A stretch of DNA of 63,971 nt, the filler included, from Octopus bimaculoides (taxonomy: Eukaryota): assembly GCF_001194135.2 (NCBI RefSeq). It is 3 parts of 3 records of this genome, joined end to end, with 100 filler letters (N's around TTAATTAATTAA, not from the genome) between each part and the next. Parts side by side here need not be neighbours in the genome. Positions count along the whole stretch, not along the records: positions 1 to 29,007 come from NC_068990.1; 2 more parts are not named here. One strand, given 5' to 3'. The notes beneath the pieces are model-generated. The model ran no database searches. It saw only the letters and a program-made list of their open reading frames with translations, and was not told the origin of the DNA. Of the stretch, positions 12,707 through 26,079 are shown piece by piece. Made by a program: the position numbers and the translations under genes. Positions within the stretch are counted from its first letter, which is position 1. Every line of letters starts with the position of its first letter.

Positions 12707-13419
12707 NNNNNNNNNNNNNNNNNNNNNNNNNNNNNNNNNNNNNNNNNNNNNNNNNNNNNNNNNNNNNNNNNNNNNNNNNNNNNNNNNNNNNNNNNNNNNN
12801 NNNNNNTATATATGTTATATATGTTATATATCTATATAGTTTTTAAATTATTCATCTCAAACTCTCTTTATTAAAAGAGGTGGCAAGTTCACAACATAAT
12901 ACGTTTAAATGATCAGTGGAGTTGAAAATGTTGCCATTTTCGCCTCTGTGAATGCTAACATCCATTAAGTTTTTATACGAATTCACGTTCTTTGCTGTTT
13001 AACTGAACTTTGCCAAAATTCTGATTCTTCTCAAAAGGAAAAGGTCCACCACCAGGTCGATAACATTAGGAAGTGAGAAAAGAGAATTCTGAATGCCAAT
13101 AGAAACTATTATCTGCCATTCAATTCATCGCAATAATGATGTGTTGATGGGCTTTATATAGTTCTTGAGAGGGCACAATGAGGAAAAAGAAAATATTTTC
13201 TCCTAGCGGTTTTTTCGAACGGTGTATATAAAGAAGTAGGCCGTCAGTCATTATATACAAAATACAAGACAGTATAGATATAAAAGAAAGAAACGAGTAA
13301 AAAGCAAGCATTTTTTTTCTGTATTAAATGTCACAAGAAGAAGATATTATTTCACAAAAGACAAAACAGCACTATACAACATTACCATTAGTAATAAGAT
13401 TCATCCTCTTCATAGTAAT

Positions 13420-13684
13420 GGAATCACATGACCGACGTCTTCACCGATATCATCGTCATCATCGTCATCATAATCGTCACCATCATCATCATCTCATCGT
13501 CATCATCATTGTCGTCATCGTTGTTGTCGTCATTGCTATCATTATTCATCATTATCACCATCATCAACATCGTCGTCGAGATCATCATCCTCCTTCTCAT
13601 CATCATCGGCGGTGGTGTCATCGTCATTGTCACCATTATCATAACCGTCGTCGTCGTTGTCATCGTCATCATCATCGTCATCAC

Positions 13685-13725
<41 letters not shown>

Positions 13726-13860
13726 GTGTAATTATCGTCATTGTCATCGTCATTACCAGCACCAGCACCACCACTACCACCACTAAATTTGTCATGATGA
13801 TGATGATGATGATGATCATGATAATGAGGATGATGATGATGATGATCATCATCATCATCA
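13420..13860. repeat. Cryptic (CAT/CGT/GAT)n trinucleotide mosaic
   Basis: Directly visible; generates spurious His/Ile/Met-rich ORFs. Confidence 0.9.
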
Positions 13861-14122
13861 CGTGAAATATCGTAATAGCAGATCGACGATAGATGGTGAA
13901 ATGGAGGCGACGCTTGTGTAGTTTGTGGCTGGCAGAAATGGCAGTTTAATCAATCCCAATATATCTTTTATCTTTTACTTGTTTGAAACATTGATATGTT
14001 GCAATACTGAGGTACCGTCTTGAAAGTTTTAGTACCTGGGTGATGACAAGTTCAAAAATATTTCGCTAATATCAGAACTCATCAACAATCACTTACATAT
14101 ATACTCTTAAGATGGCTCAACA

Positions 14123-14549
14123 AGTTCAGACGCAAAATATGCTGGTCGCTATAGTGTAAGTCACAGGAGAATATCCTCACTCTTTTACGATGACGGTGTA
14201 TTCAGCACACTCGGCACATTGGCGTCCGATATTCTGTGACACTGTTATTTCAAAATGTTTTGTCTCATCAGCCAGAAGCGGCCGGGACCCTGAGCTTAAA
14301 CAAAGGCAGCGACTTTGTACTAACAACAAATTGTTCATAATTCGGTACTTATATCTGCCAATCAATAAAAAATCTGTTATTTGCACCGTGTATAACGAGA
14401 TCTGAAACGATTATTCGCATATTTATTCATATCACCTCTAGGCAGGTTCGAACGCAAAATATGCCGATCGGTATAGTGTACGTCATAGAATGATAACTTC
14501 TTCCTTTTACGACAACAGTGTGTTCAATACATCAGGCTCATTGGCGTAC
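14123..14549 (+). repeat. Diverged direct repeat pair (14123-14227 and 14445-14549)
   Basis: GTTC..ACGCAAAATATGC..TATAGTGTA.GTCA..CTTTTACGA..CATTGGCGT occurs twice, 322 bp apart. Confidence 0.8.
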
Positions 14550-14569
14550 GGCAACCTAGCGAAGCAAAA

Positions 14570-14960
14570 TCTGGAGTAGATAAGGTCCGGGCTACATATG
14601 TTTCATAGCGAGCGGAAACTCAGAAGTGGTAAATGTCCAGGTGAGATGTATACCGCTGCCTATTTCGATTTAATGAAAGTTTACATTGCCGCAAAGAGGT
14701 ACATGTTAACACATGGAAGATTCAATCAGAATGTGTAGAAAGCAGAGTAGGATAGGAGAGTATAAGTGGAAAGAAATAAGTATTAAAAGAAGGAAAAAAA
14801 AAGAAAATATAATGGAATGAGGAATTTAAGCAAGGTTATTTGACTGGTAGTATTGAATATGATTGGATTGACAGAATCACAGAAATTATCAAGGGGAGTG
14901 GTATTTGAAAAAGAAAATAATGTGGAACGAAGAGGGTTGGAAAACATTCTTGATCAAGGG
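14570..14960 (+). repeat. Unclassified dispersed repeat, copy 1
   Basis: Colinear blocks GCTACATATGTTTCATAGC, GATTCAATCA.AATGT..AGAAAGCA and GGAGTGGTATTTGAAA are shared with 34520-35075. Confidence 0.7.
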
Positions 14961-15550
14961 GGAGAAAAAGAGTGTGAATGAAGAAAGCAAGGTATAATTA
15001 GGAATTTAAGCACGGTAGTATTCAATAGGGTTGTTTCTTTCTACACTTAGATCCCTGGATCTTACGGAACATATTTTGGGTGATGAGTCCTACATCCGAA
15101 TCCCTTTTTGACACTCATTGCTGAACACTGAACGAAACTGAGTTTCAGTGTCACACACTGATATCAGATTTGTATCGTTTCTTTTCTTGTTTCTTTTATC
15201 GTAAATTTTACTCAACTTTGAGAAAGTTGTTTCCCTCGAAACGTCAGTTTGTTGCGTTTCCTTTTGTTACCTTTAACGTACAATTCAATGTGTGTAACTT
15301 TTATTGACAATGGCTTTTTTTTTTGTATTTACATTTCAGTCATCAGTTTTGGAATTTTTGTCTATCTAATGTCATCTCTCGAGTTGTCCAATCGTCCGTC
15401 CCTTATTTTTCTCGGTCCATTTGTATCATTTTACTATTCAATGGTTCCCATTCTTCCTCTAAGTCTATAAAAAGGATATGTCTAAGAATCATAGCTCCGA
15501 ATCAAACGGAGTACTGCAAATTTACACTTTATTCTTTGGTCAGCCTATAA

Positions 15551-15745
15551 CGGAAAGATGGAGCATCCGACAAAATGCTTAGTGGCATTTTTTCCACTCT
15601 TTACGTTCGGAGTTCAACTTCCACCGAAGAAGTCAGCTTTACCTTTCATCCTTTCATAGATAGAAGAAACACCCGTTGAGCGCTGAAATCGATTTGCGAC
15701 TTCCCTAAAGTTGCTGGCTTTGTGCCAACATTTGAAACCATTACT
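15551..15745 (+). mobile_element. SINE family A copy, diverged
   Basis: AAAATGCTTAGTGGCATTT..GAGTTCAA..TTGTGCCAACATTTGAAACC. Confidence 0.75.
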
Positions 15746-15976
15746 GTTAGAACTGCTCAACGTAGGAATAGATTTCTAAAACATCTAATTACTGTATAAT
15801 CTTCCCCATCTTGATTTTCAAAGGAGAAAGAGCTAGACGCCATATTTGAATGAAATTAACCTAGCCGGGGTTGATATGTTGGTACGAATAATGAAAATGT
15901 AGATATATCAAGGCTATGAAATAGCAGAATCGTCACAGCGTTTCATAGAATTTACAGTATTATTTGTTTTGATCTA

Positions 15977-16187
15977 GGAGGGGGTCCTGAAAAGTTCCTG
16001 AGTAATAAAAAATAAAGGAAGATCAGTTAATTATGATTTTGTCCAACATATTCTCCTCTCAGATCCACACACTTATCGTAGAAGTCTTTCAGTTTTTCAA
16101 ATCCTGTAAAAGAACTCGGAAAATTAGGCCTCCAGCAAGGCTTTTCGCGATACCCTTAAAAGCCAAGAAGTTTTCAGCACCCACCCG
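15977..16187 (-). mobile_element. Mariner-derived MITE
   Basis: TA flanks at 15975-76 and 16188-89; imperfect TIRs (GGGGTCCTGAAAAGTTCCTG / CAAGAAGTTTTCAGCACCC); minus strand encodes EKLKDFYDKCVDLRGEYV, resembling a mariner transposase C-terminus. Confidence 0.8.
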
Positions 16188-18458
16188 TATGTTTCTGGAT
16201 TTCAAATTCCACCGAGGTTATGTTTGTCTTTGGTATTCTCGGGATGGATAATATCCCCACTAGGCGCCAATGCAATCCGTATGGTATAATAATCACTTGG
16301 TTTCTTTCCCACCTTCTTGATCGTCTCTGTCTTTCAATAGAACAACATTTTCATGTTGATTCGACAAAAGAATTGCATTAAGCGTTCATAAATCTACGGA
16401 ATAGCTATTAACTTATACATTAACGACATTTAAAAAACGTCTTGCGGTTTCACAACTGAATGCTCATCGTTGAAACTGACGGAGTATTCAATTCAACATT
16501 AGAATTATTCAAATTAATGCGAATGCTACAAGAATCGTTGATGGTGCTTTTTTTTTACAGGAAGTTACATTAATTATCAAAATAGTTGGCATTAAAAAAA
16601 TCACAATCCAAAACAACAACGACAACAACAGCAACAACAACATTAATAATATTCATAATAATAGTAGTAATATTAATAATTGCAATAGTCTTATCATTGA
16701 GAATCATTAATAAAAGAAACCAATGAGGAGACAGTATTACAAAAACATTATTTTATAAAGAAGACATTTGTCTCCAAGTTTAACAAGGATACAAGATGAA
16801 GATTGTTTTAAAATCCAATAAAATACACATTGGAAATAATTTTGATTCAACTCTTATATTATTGCAAAAATGAAATAATATAAATTAGTTGTTTTTATTT
16901 GTAAAGAGTTTTATTTTTTATTTTGTTTTTGTGTTTGTGGTATTGTTTTGTTATGTTTGAACATTACATTTGTTTTTAAATTTTCCTCAAATGGAGACAA
17001 TATCGATGATTCTATCTGATTCAATGTTTTACACGAATGCACAACCAACTTTCGTTGTCGGCAACAGGAGTAAGAAAGACTGAGAGTAATTCTTTAAGTA
17101 AGAACCATTCTTACATCCATACTGTTTGATAAAAATGTTCAGACCATCGTTATGGTCTTCAGTGAATCTATCATCTTCCACTACTATTCCCAAAAGTATA
17201 GGACAACTTGTTAAGATTCTTTGATGGCTAAATTCACAAATATAAAACAAGACAAATAACAACACATTCAAGTTGAAGTTTTTCCAAAGAAAACTGGCTT
17301 CACTATATCGTGATTCTTTCTATGTTATTCTTTTCTACCCACAATGATGGTGTGCATTTACTGACAAGCCAAAGAAAAGAACTGTTTGAAAGCTGACTGG
17401 TATATTGATAATGGCTTATAACAGGTGTATTGACTTTGCTTGACGCTGTACCATTGTTAGCTGTATAGTTTAGGATTTTAGTTTATTTTTCTTCTTGAAC
17501 TCATGAGGGGCAATGTCTTTGTCTTCTATTTCCTCTCCCTGGACATTGTCTGTCTAGGATTATAAACTGTTCTGCATACCCGCCGCGCTCTATACATTTT
17601 ATTTTATTTTAATTTATTTTATCTGTCAAATACTTTTACAAGGAATAACAAAACGAAAACAAAAGGAAACAGAAGCAAAACGCAACAAGAGAAGAAAAGA
17701 ACATGAAAGCCAAATACGATATATTTTTTTTCTTCAGAAAAATTTTATGACAAGAATAGCAATTCTTAAAAAAGAAATTAAACTTTTTTGTCACATTCTG
17801 TCGTTTTAATAACTTTTCATTGTTGCTTTGTCATTGATTTTCACACGATTATTCATACGTTTAATATTTTTGTAGTATTTCTTGTCTTTGAAGTTCTAAC
17901 TTGATTGCTTATAATAACATTTCATGTGATGCGTTGTCTCCCTTGTACTTAAAATATTTTAGAATATTCATCTTCTCTTGTTCATATTATCTGTTTTGCT
18001 GAAACTGTTATTTTTCATGATGACGTTCATCTAAAAATATATTTATGTGTGTAGCAGGTTTTATAAAACTCTTTTTTTTTTCACATTATTCTGATGTTTT
18101 ACTAACATTCTTTAGGTTGTTTAATAAAATTTGAGATAAAGAAATTTTAAAATGATGTTGCATTCTTGATATTTATATTCTAAGAAGTGGTATAATCTTA
18201 GGAAATCGTAAAAAATAATTCTTTTTTTTTTCTTATTAAAAAAACAAATTTTCCTCTTCACCCACACAAACACACACACACATACGCACGTGCACTCAGA
18301 CATCTATATACATACACACATACATTCATATATATACAAGGATACATACCCACACACACACACATGTATAGATATATACACTCATACAAATATAGAAGTA
18401 GATCTACAGGCATATATGATCATCGATACATGGGTATAATATGTATGAATCTCGTCGA

Positions 18459-18502
<44 letters not shown>

Positions 18503-18525
18503 CCTCTCACTCTCCTTCTCTCTCT

Positions 18526-18562
<37 letters not shown>

Positions 18563-19702
18563 CATACACACACCCGTGTGTATGTGTGTATATCTATCTA
18601 TGTATTTATATATATATATACATACACACAGGCATACATACAGAGATAGATAGATAGACAGATATAGGTACTTATCTTATTCAGAGGTAACATAATCGCC
18701 TCCTTCTTGTGGTGTATAGAATATAAATATAACACGTGGATGTTATCATCTTGCTCTATGAAGACTAAAAAAAGCGAAAATGTTGATCACAGAAAATAAA
18801 ACAGATTTTGTAATAGTCATTCAGTTATACTACAGGGCTTCATTTTAATCTTCCTTTTTGTTTTTCGTAAATATAATCAATGGGCAATGAGGCAAGAGGC
18901 AAGTTATTGATGGCAACTCGAAAAGCTTTAGCTTCAGCGTCAAAATTACGAAGCGCAGACATGTAGAGATGCACTGGTAGAGACTGATCATAAGTTTGCG
19001 ATGAAATTATTTTAATATCAGATTGATATATTAGCCCCATGAGCTACTCGAGAGAATAGACAGAAAAATTTATAAAATTTTAAACATTATAACTACTTAG
19101 AAACTAGAATTTATTCAATTACATGGTGAACCCCATTACATTTAACCTTAAAATCTGGATAGCAATTAGAGGATATCGAAAGCGTTAACCTGGAACGTGG
19201 ATGGTCAGGTCAGATATATGATCATCGTAAGAACGGCAATTATACGGCAAGCATATCGTAAATCCTCAATGATCTGAATTTCGACCTCGAGAAATTTCAG
19301 ACGATTTATCGCAACGTATTCAATGTTTGAATACGTATTGCTGCATTGTGGTGACATGGAATTATCAAGCGGAAGGTAAAATAAAAAAGCAGCCGCTAGA
19401 TGCCAGGTAAATGTTATAAATCCATCTCAACTCCTGTTGCACGTGCCAATACAAAACTAATACGATAGTGAGCCAAAAAGGCTGAAAAGAATGTTCAATG
19501 AATCTTGTGGTTTGTGAACCACGAGTGAAATACCCCCCTCAAGAAACGGTGTCACGGATTTAAAGCAAACGCGCTATTCTGGAGAGATACCAAACTTTGA
19601 CAAGGATTTAAGAGACAAATTATAAATATTACTCAGAATATGGCAGTTAACAAATTTTTGGACCAACTATATGTGCGTGTATGCGTGTCTGAGTGTGTCT
19701 GT

Positions 19703-19819
<117 letters not shown>

Positions 19820-20394
19820 CACACATATATATATACACACATAGATAGATAGAGAGATAGATAGATAGATAGATAAAAACTATTACTTTGAAACAATTAT
19901 ATATTCTATATCCAATATTTACTCAGTTTTGACTAAATTTATACATTTCTCAAAGCAACCAAGATTTAGAGACCACATTTAATTCAAAGAAGGCACCGAG
20001 ATAAAGCAAAATTTATACCCATAATAAGGCAGTCAGCAATGGGGAGGCGATGCTTTCGGACCGAGTATTAGCATCGTTGACCTTACTTCATATAAAAGAC
20101 ATCAGCTTCAAAACTATATCGGAAATATGGACTGCGATATTGGTTTAACATATCTAGAGAGGCTATGTTCCTATAGTCAGATCGAAATCATAACTCAGAT
20201 GAAATAAGATGATCCAGATTGTAGTACGTTTTATTACTTGTTATAATTACAAATGATAATTCAAATCTTTAGAGACAGCAGTGCCACAAAAGCATCATTA
20301 AATAAATATATAGAAATTAATCATATATTTGTAAATATGTATTGATAATGGATCTATGTGTGGGTAATTTCAATCTTATACATGGACTGAGCAC

Positions 20395-20610
20395 AGGGAG
20401 CCTGTGGAATCGCCTGCACGTCGTGAAAAATGCTTAGCAGTATTTCGTCTGTTTTTACTTTCTGAGTTCAAATTCCGCCCATGTCCATTTTGCTTTTCAT
20501 CCTTTCGGACTCGATCAAATAAGCAGCATTTGAAGAATGGAGTCGATGTAACTAAATAAATCCATCCGCCTCCATTCCTGGCTTAGTGCCGAAATTTGAA
20601 AACAATATTA
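20395..20610 (+). mobile_element. SINE family A copy, diverged
   Basis: AAATGCTTAGCAGTATTTCGTC..CTGAGTTCAAATTCCGCC..GTGCCGAAATTTGAAA. Confidence 0.75.
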
Positions 20611-22242
20611 TACACAGACTGAAACGTGAACGCTTTCCCTACGTTATCTGTCTCTACACGCATTCGTCATTCGTAAATAAACCTCTGTGTGTGTGTGTGT
20701 GTGAGTGTTGAGGATACACGTAACTTGAATGACAGCCATGTTGTCTTTATATAATTTTGTTTTCGATTTCAATCACTTCGTAGTTTTTCTTTTAGTGATA
20801 AAGTCACTAACATGTATTGAAGTAATATCTTTTAGGTATCCCATTTTTAGAGAGTTTTATTTTTATCTATTTGGATAGCGTACACGTAAAAATGGATTAC
20901 ATGGAGCAAAAATGTTATGGATGAAGTCGCAAACTAAAGGAGAGAAGCAGAGTCAGGTTTGGTTTAGAACAAGGTAAATGAGAATTCCATCCATTAATAG
21001 GACGCTGACACCTCGTTGATGAATAAATTTTGTGAAGATATTTTTGCAGTCGTTTTTGTTTTCTATTTATATTCATGACACGAGCTCCAGCATTAGTTAA
21101 GCATCATTACAACTGTTTTACTGAAATATAACCAGAGCATCTAAATAACCGTATATTCGTTAAAAGTAATTTTGTACAAAAAATAATGTCTGAGGCTTTG
21201 CTGGAGTGCAGAGAAAATAATAGGAAAATATACATTAACTCGCATACGATTGTCGTAAAATAGAAATTCACAGATTTAAGGTGGATATTTGACCGTCTAT
21301 ATCTTTTTGCAGTTTATATGTTAGCAAAACAAACATGAAATTGCGCATTTTTCGAGTTCGTCACCATTGCATTATTGAATATTAGCTCTATGTTCAAGAA
21401 GTATAGAATAAAAATAACAAAAATTTCATAAATATCAAACAGTCAAGACGTACGTTTATGGATTTGCTTTGCAAGATTCCTGATGTGAAATCATGTGTTG
21501 AAACAATCATTGTATATTAGGATGATTTGTTTTTTTTTATTTTTGCCAAATAAACATACTCAGAACAGAACCAAATGAAACACGTGGATGGAAAGTCGCT
21601 TAAGAGGTCACAGATATGTGACTAAGGTTTTCTAAACAGCAGACATAAGATAAAATAAGAACAGTAATAAACGAGTGAAGAACGAATATATATATAATGC
21701 ATGTGTTTCTTTGGTAAAAAAAAAAAAAAAAAATANNNNNNNNNNAATATAACAAAATCAAGAAATATTTAAAGAACACTATTGTTTTGAATTTGCTACA
21801 GGAAGGGGTCTATGTTTTTGGAGGTGAGTGGGGGTTGGGTGGACTCTATGAATATGACCCGGGTACCAAGGCGGCGGCAGCTTGAAAAATGTTTAGGAAC
21901 CACTGCTCTAGACTTTGATAATGATTCTTTTAAGGCTTTTAAGAAATAAAAATAAGGTCACACACATTAATAGAAGGCTCTGCAATATCCTCGTATTGCC
22001 CAAAATATCCAAGCCAGCGATTTCGAAGATAAGATTCATCTCTGACGATCCTGGTCATCACGTAAAAACAATATGAAACTTGGCAAAAATTCGCTGCATG
22101 TTTCAGTCTAACAAGACTTCCTTAGAGAAGCTTAATGTGTTATAGTTACTTGCCACTGATTGGACAAATATTAAAACAGAAAGGAAACGTGTTTGAATAT
22201 AAAAAGTTAGAAGCAATATCTTTAATGACTGGAAAATATTGA

Positions 22243-22595
22243 TAACAAGAGCACTCAGAGGGCGCAAACCTCCGCCATGACAATACCAACATCTTACCAA
22301 CGATTAGCCAGAGATGACTTTTAAAATGAGAATATCAGAAACAAACTTGACTGCTCTCACAAACGAGAATACTGAAAATGAACCCGACCACTCCCAAAAA
22401 TTAAGTATATAAAAAAACAGGATAAATAGTCCAGAATCCCTGTCCAGTGCTTGACCGATCCCCAAATCTGATCAGTCACGAGGTCAAATATCCCTGAAAG
22501 TTTCATCCAAATCCATCCAGCAGTTCTTGAGATATCTTGTCCACGGACAGACAAACAAATGAACACAACTGAAGCAAGCAAGGCGGAGGTAACAA
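22243..22595 (+). mobile_element. Helentron-type non-autonomous element (HINE/DINE-1-like)
   Basis: Subterminal inverted repeat ACCTCCGCC (22268-22276) / GGCGGAGGT (22582-22590); AAAGTTTCATCCAAATCC..GAGATATC core; GACAGACAAACAAA microsatellite. Confidence 0.7.
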
Positions 22596-22659
22596 GATGT
22601 CACGTGTAACGAAGAGAAAGAAATAATTAGAATTTGATTAATTATCGTTCATTGTATCG

Positions 22660-22852
22660 GTTTCAAATTTTAATGCAAGACCAGCAAATTCGGGGTAGGT
22701 AGTAAGTCGATTATATGGAACCCTGTTACAAATTTTATGGATCTCGAAACGATGAAATGCCACGATGGAATTTAAAGTCAGAAAGTAAAGACGAACGAAA
22801 TACTCAGGCATTATTGCCTGGCGTACTAACGACTCTGTCAGCTCCTCGCCTT
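22660..22852 (-). mobile_element. SINE family A copy, diverged
   Basis: Reverse match to head and tail of family A. Confidence 0.7.
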
Positions 22853-24491
22853 AGATTTTCTTTCATTATATTAAGATACTACCTCGTATTCACCTTTATG
22901 CTTTTTGAGTAGAGATCCTCTCTATCTTATATTCCCAACCATATCTTTCGTGAAGATTAAGTAATTACACAGCTAGCATATTTAGACAAAGCCCATCTTC
23001 ATATATATATATATATATATATATAAAACAGTTAAAACAATCACTGGTGTTGCAATTAGCCGCCCGATTCAATAAAAGTTCATCATATGCAAAAGAAGGA
23101 GTATTAGTGTAAAATTGCCATTAATATATCATACTTAATGTATGCACATCGTGATAGATAAAACTTGCTCCGGTGTTCGTTCAGAAGTAATAGCTCCTAT
23201 GGATATGTAGTGTTTAAACACACTACAGGTATTTTTTCTGTCTCTTATCTTTCAAGAAAATGTGGTTACTACAATTACATTAGAATGACTGAAGTTGTAC
23301 CTAATAATGAATTCGGTTCATTTACCGAAATAGGATCTGGCCACAATGTAAATTACATGGATATTTGATTTACTTAAATCATTAAATAAGATACAGGAAC
23401 CTGTGCCTTAGTATCAATGATATCATTTTATTAATATTGCACTGCACACGGTACCAGTAAACTAGATTGGCAACCGCTAGAATTAGTAAACTAGTATGGA
23501 TTATAAGAGGTTCCTGACTATCAGTGTCAGAAATGTCGGTGTAGTACCTGTAATTAAAATAAGCTAGTAGGGAGAGAAACAGAGTTCTAATCAAATGTTC
23601 GGGAATACGATGGTAATTCCTAACATATTTCTGTTTTCTTAAACCTCTTTAGCTAAGTTTCGTTTTAGTATTGCTTGATGTAATATGACAGTGAGACACG
23701 TAGAGATTCCAGTAAACAGGCGATGCGTATTGTTGAATACTTAGATGAACGATTGGAGAGATAGGCTATGAGGTCACTTATCTGGTATTTTGTCTGGTAC
23801 TTTGTTATTTATTTCTTCAGAAACATGTTTAGCCATATGGCAGAACTAAAGAAGCCGTTTGAGAGTTAACAGCTGAGCTTAGAACTTGTTTTCAAAGCAA
23901 CAAAATATAAAGGAAATATATTGATATTTGTTTTTACTCACAACGTTTAATTCTTTGTAGAAACTTTTAACTTACCTCAATACGAAGTATGACAAATGCA
24001 CCGTAGAAAAGAATTGAGAATAACCTTAATAATAAGCCTATTACTATAACAGTATATAATGTTTTCTTCCTTTCTGCTAAGACTTTTGTTCGAGACAAAC
24101 GAAAATGTCTGTGAAATGCGTCAGATTAACACGATCCTATCAGTTTCAGAGATGTCATTATATTCTTTAAGAAAATTTCTTTTACACAGAAGCGTATGAA
24201 AATAATGGTTCTATTGATTGTTTCAATGGAAATAATAGGAAATATTGACCTCCAAGCAACAGGCAGTAATCTCCATTTTATTTAAATGAACGTTTCCTTC
24301 TTTATATTTAACATATGACAAATATGTTTCGAAAGCCATGGTTATGTGTGTATGTAAGTATGCATGTATGTGTCTATGTATGTATGTATGTACATGTGTA
24401 TATACATAAGTGTATGTGTGTATATATGTTTGCGTCTGCGGATGTATGTATGTACAGAGAAAGACATAGAGTGAGGGGGTAGCTGAATTCC

Positions 24492-24497
24492 TATAAA
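24492..24497 (+). promoter_or_regulatory. TATA box of the serine protease gene
   Basis: CCTATAAATA; the TATAAA core starts 54 bp upstream of the signal-peptide ATG, which lies in TCACCATG context. Confidence 0.65.
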
Positions 24498-24545
24498 TAT
24501 GCCAAGCAAACTGTGTGCATGCATATCTTAGGTTTTTTGATCACC

Positions 24546-24606
24546 ATGTATAAATCACTTGGTTTGATTATCCTTGCAGTGGTGGCCTGCTTCCATGCAG
24601 TACCCA
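24546..24606 (+). CDS. S1A serine protease exon 1 (signal peptide)
   Basis: MYKSLGLIILAVVACFHAVP plus 1 nt; donor GTAAGT; phase 1 matches the next exon. Confidence 0.85.
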
Positions 24607-25582
24607 GTAAGTTGGAGAAAAAAACCTTTTTTTGACATCTTTACGATTTCATTAATTATTTTATATGTATCTTATAGTATTAATGCTTTTAGTGTAGAAT
24701 ATTCATGTATGATTTAATAACTTCAAATGTAAATGCTTAATTTTCTGTTCAGACACAGTTAAACTTCAGTTTTCGAATGCCTCTCATCACGAAAGAATTG
24801 ATTACGAATAACTTTTCGGATATAAAGCGCCTCGGGTGACGACTACTGTCTTGAATAACGAAGACACAAAACGCCAACAACGGTTGGCAAATAGGGAGCA
24901 TTAGCAGAAGTACATCTGTTGCATTCTAGCTTTCTCTCTGTGGACATCCATTTTCATGCTATGGAAAAATAATTTCGTTTTTACTGAAATTTCGAGCGAC
25001 AAACGGCCTTCAGGAACGAATTAAATTCACAAATCGACGTTGCATAGCATTTGCATTAAATTCACAACCATTTTCAATGTTTTATGACTTATATTGAGAT
25101 TAGCTTTGCTCTCGCTAATATATCATTTGAAGCCAAAGGAGAAAATGGTGCGATAGGTAACAAAACTCTGAGAAGATTCTTGTTTCCATGGCAAATTCTG
25201 TAGTTTTTTTCCACTTGGAAACAATATCAGGTGGAAATGCGGCAACATTGAACCTCAAATATTTGGCTGCTATTTATCTTCATGACACAAGATCAACTGT
25301 GACGTTGAATCTAAAACAAAATATCGGAGTTAATTTAATACTTCTAGAAATTATCTGACATATGTTATCAAAGTATTATAGACGTTTAACTCTTAAGCAT
25401 CGAGGAAGATATGAAGAAAGGTCTAAATATTCCAACATTGGCACTTTCATAGACATATTTCTTTTCAAAATTTCTTAAACAGATATGAATGAGTGATTTG
25501 TTCAGGCCTTACTACTACAATGCTAATGCGATCCAATATACGTGTGTGCAGTGACAAAAATGAGATATTTTCTTGTTTTCAG

Positions 25583-25739
25583 TTAAAGAAGTAAACGAAC
25601 ATATTGTGGGTGGAACCGAAAGTCGACATTGTGAGTTTCCTCATATGGTATACCTCGATATTTCCATGGGTAATGCAGGAACATTCTGTGGTGCAACTTT
25701 GATTAGCAGGAAACATATCTTGACAGCAGCCCATTGTAT
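25583..25739 (+). CDS. S1A serine protease exon 2 (activation site, His57)
   Basis: Acceptor TTGTTTTCAG; (I)KEVNEH-IVGGTESRHCEFPHMVYLDISMGNAGTFCGATLISRKHILTAAHC; donor GTAAGT, phase 2. Confidence 0.95.
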
Positions 25740-25975
25740 GTAAGTATGTTTGCTTGTTTTGGTCGTTGAGTTCTAGCCATTCTGGGGCTCCACTTTCAAG
25801 GATATAATAACGCACCCATGTCCATCCCTTCGAAGAAAAAGTCATCCCCAGTTATTATATTCTTTAAGTCTCTTATTTTCTAGAATTTGTTTTTGCTGAA
25901 TACTATGTTGCGGAGAATAAACGGTTGTTGAATGGCAATGGAGGTAGGACAAACAGAGGTGCCAAGGCACACACA

Positions 25976-26079
<104 letters not shown>

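Noticed and set aside
13328-13865. His/Ile/Met-rich ORFs of 145-152 aa
   Set aside because: Products of a trinucleotide mosaic that is open in several frames on both strands.
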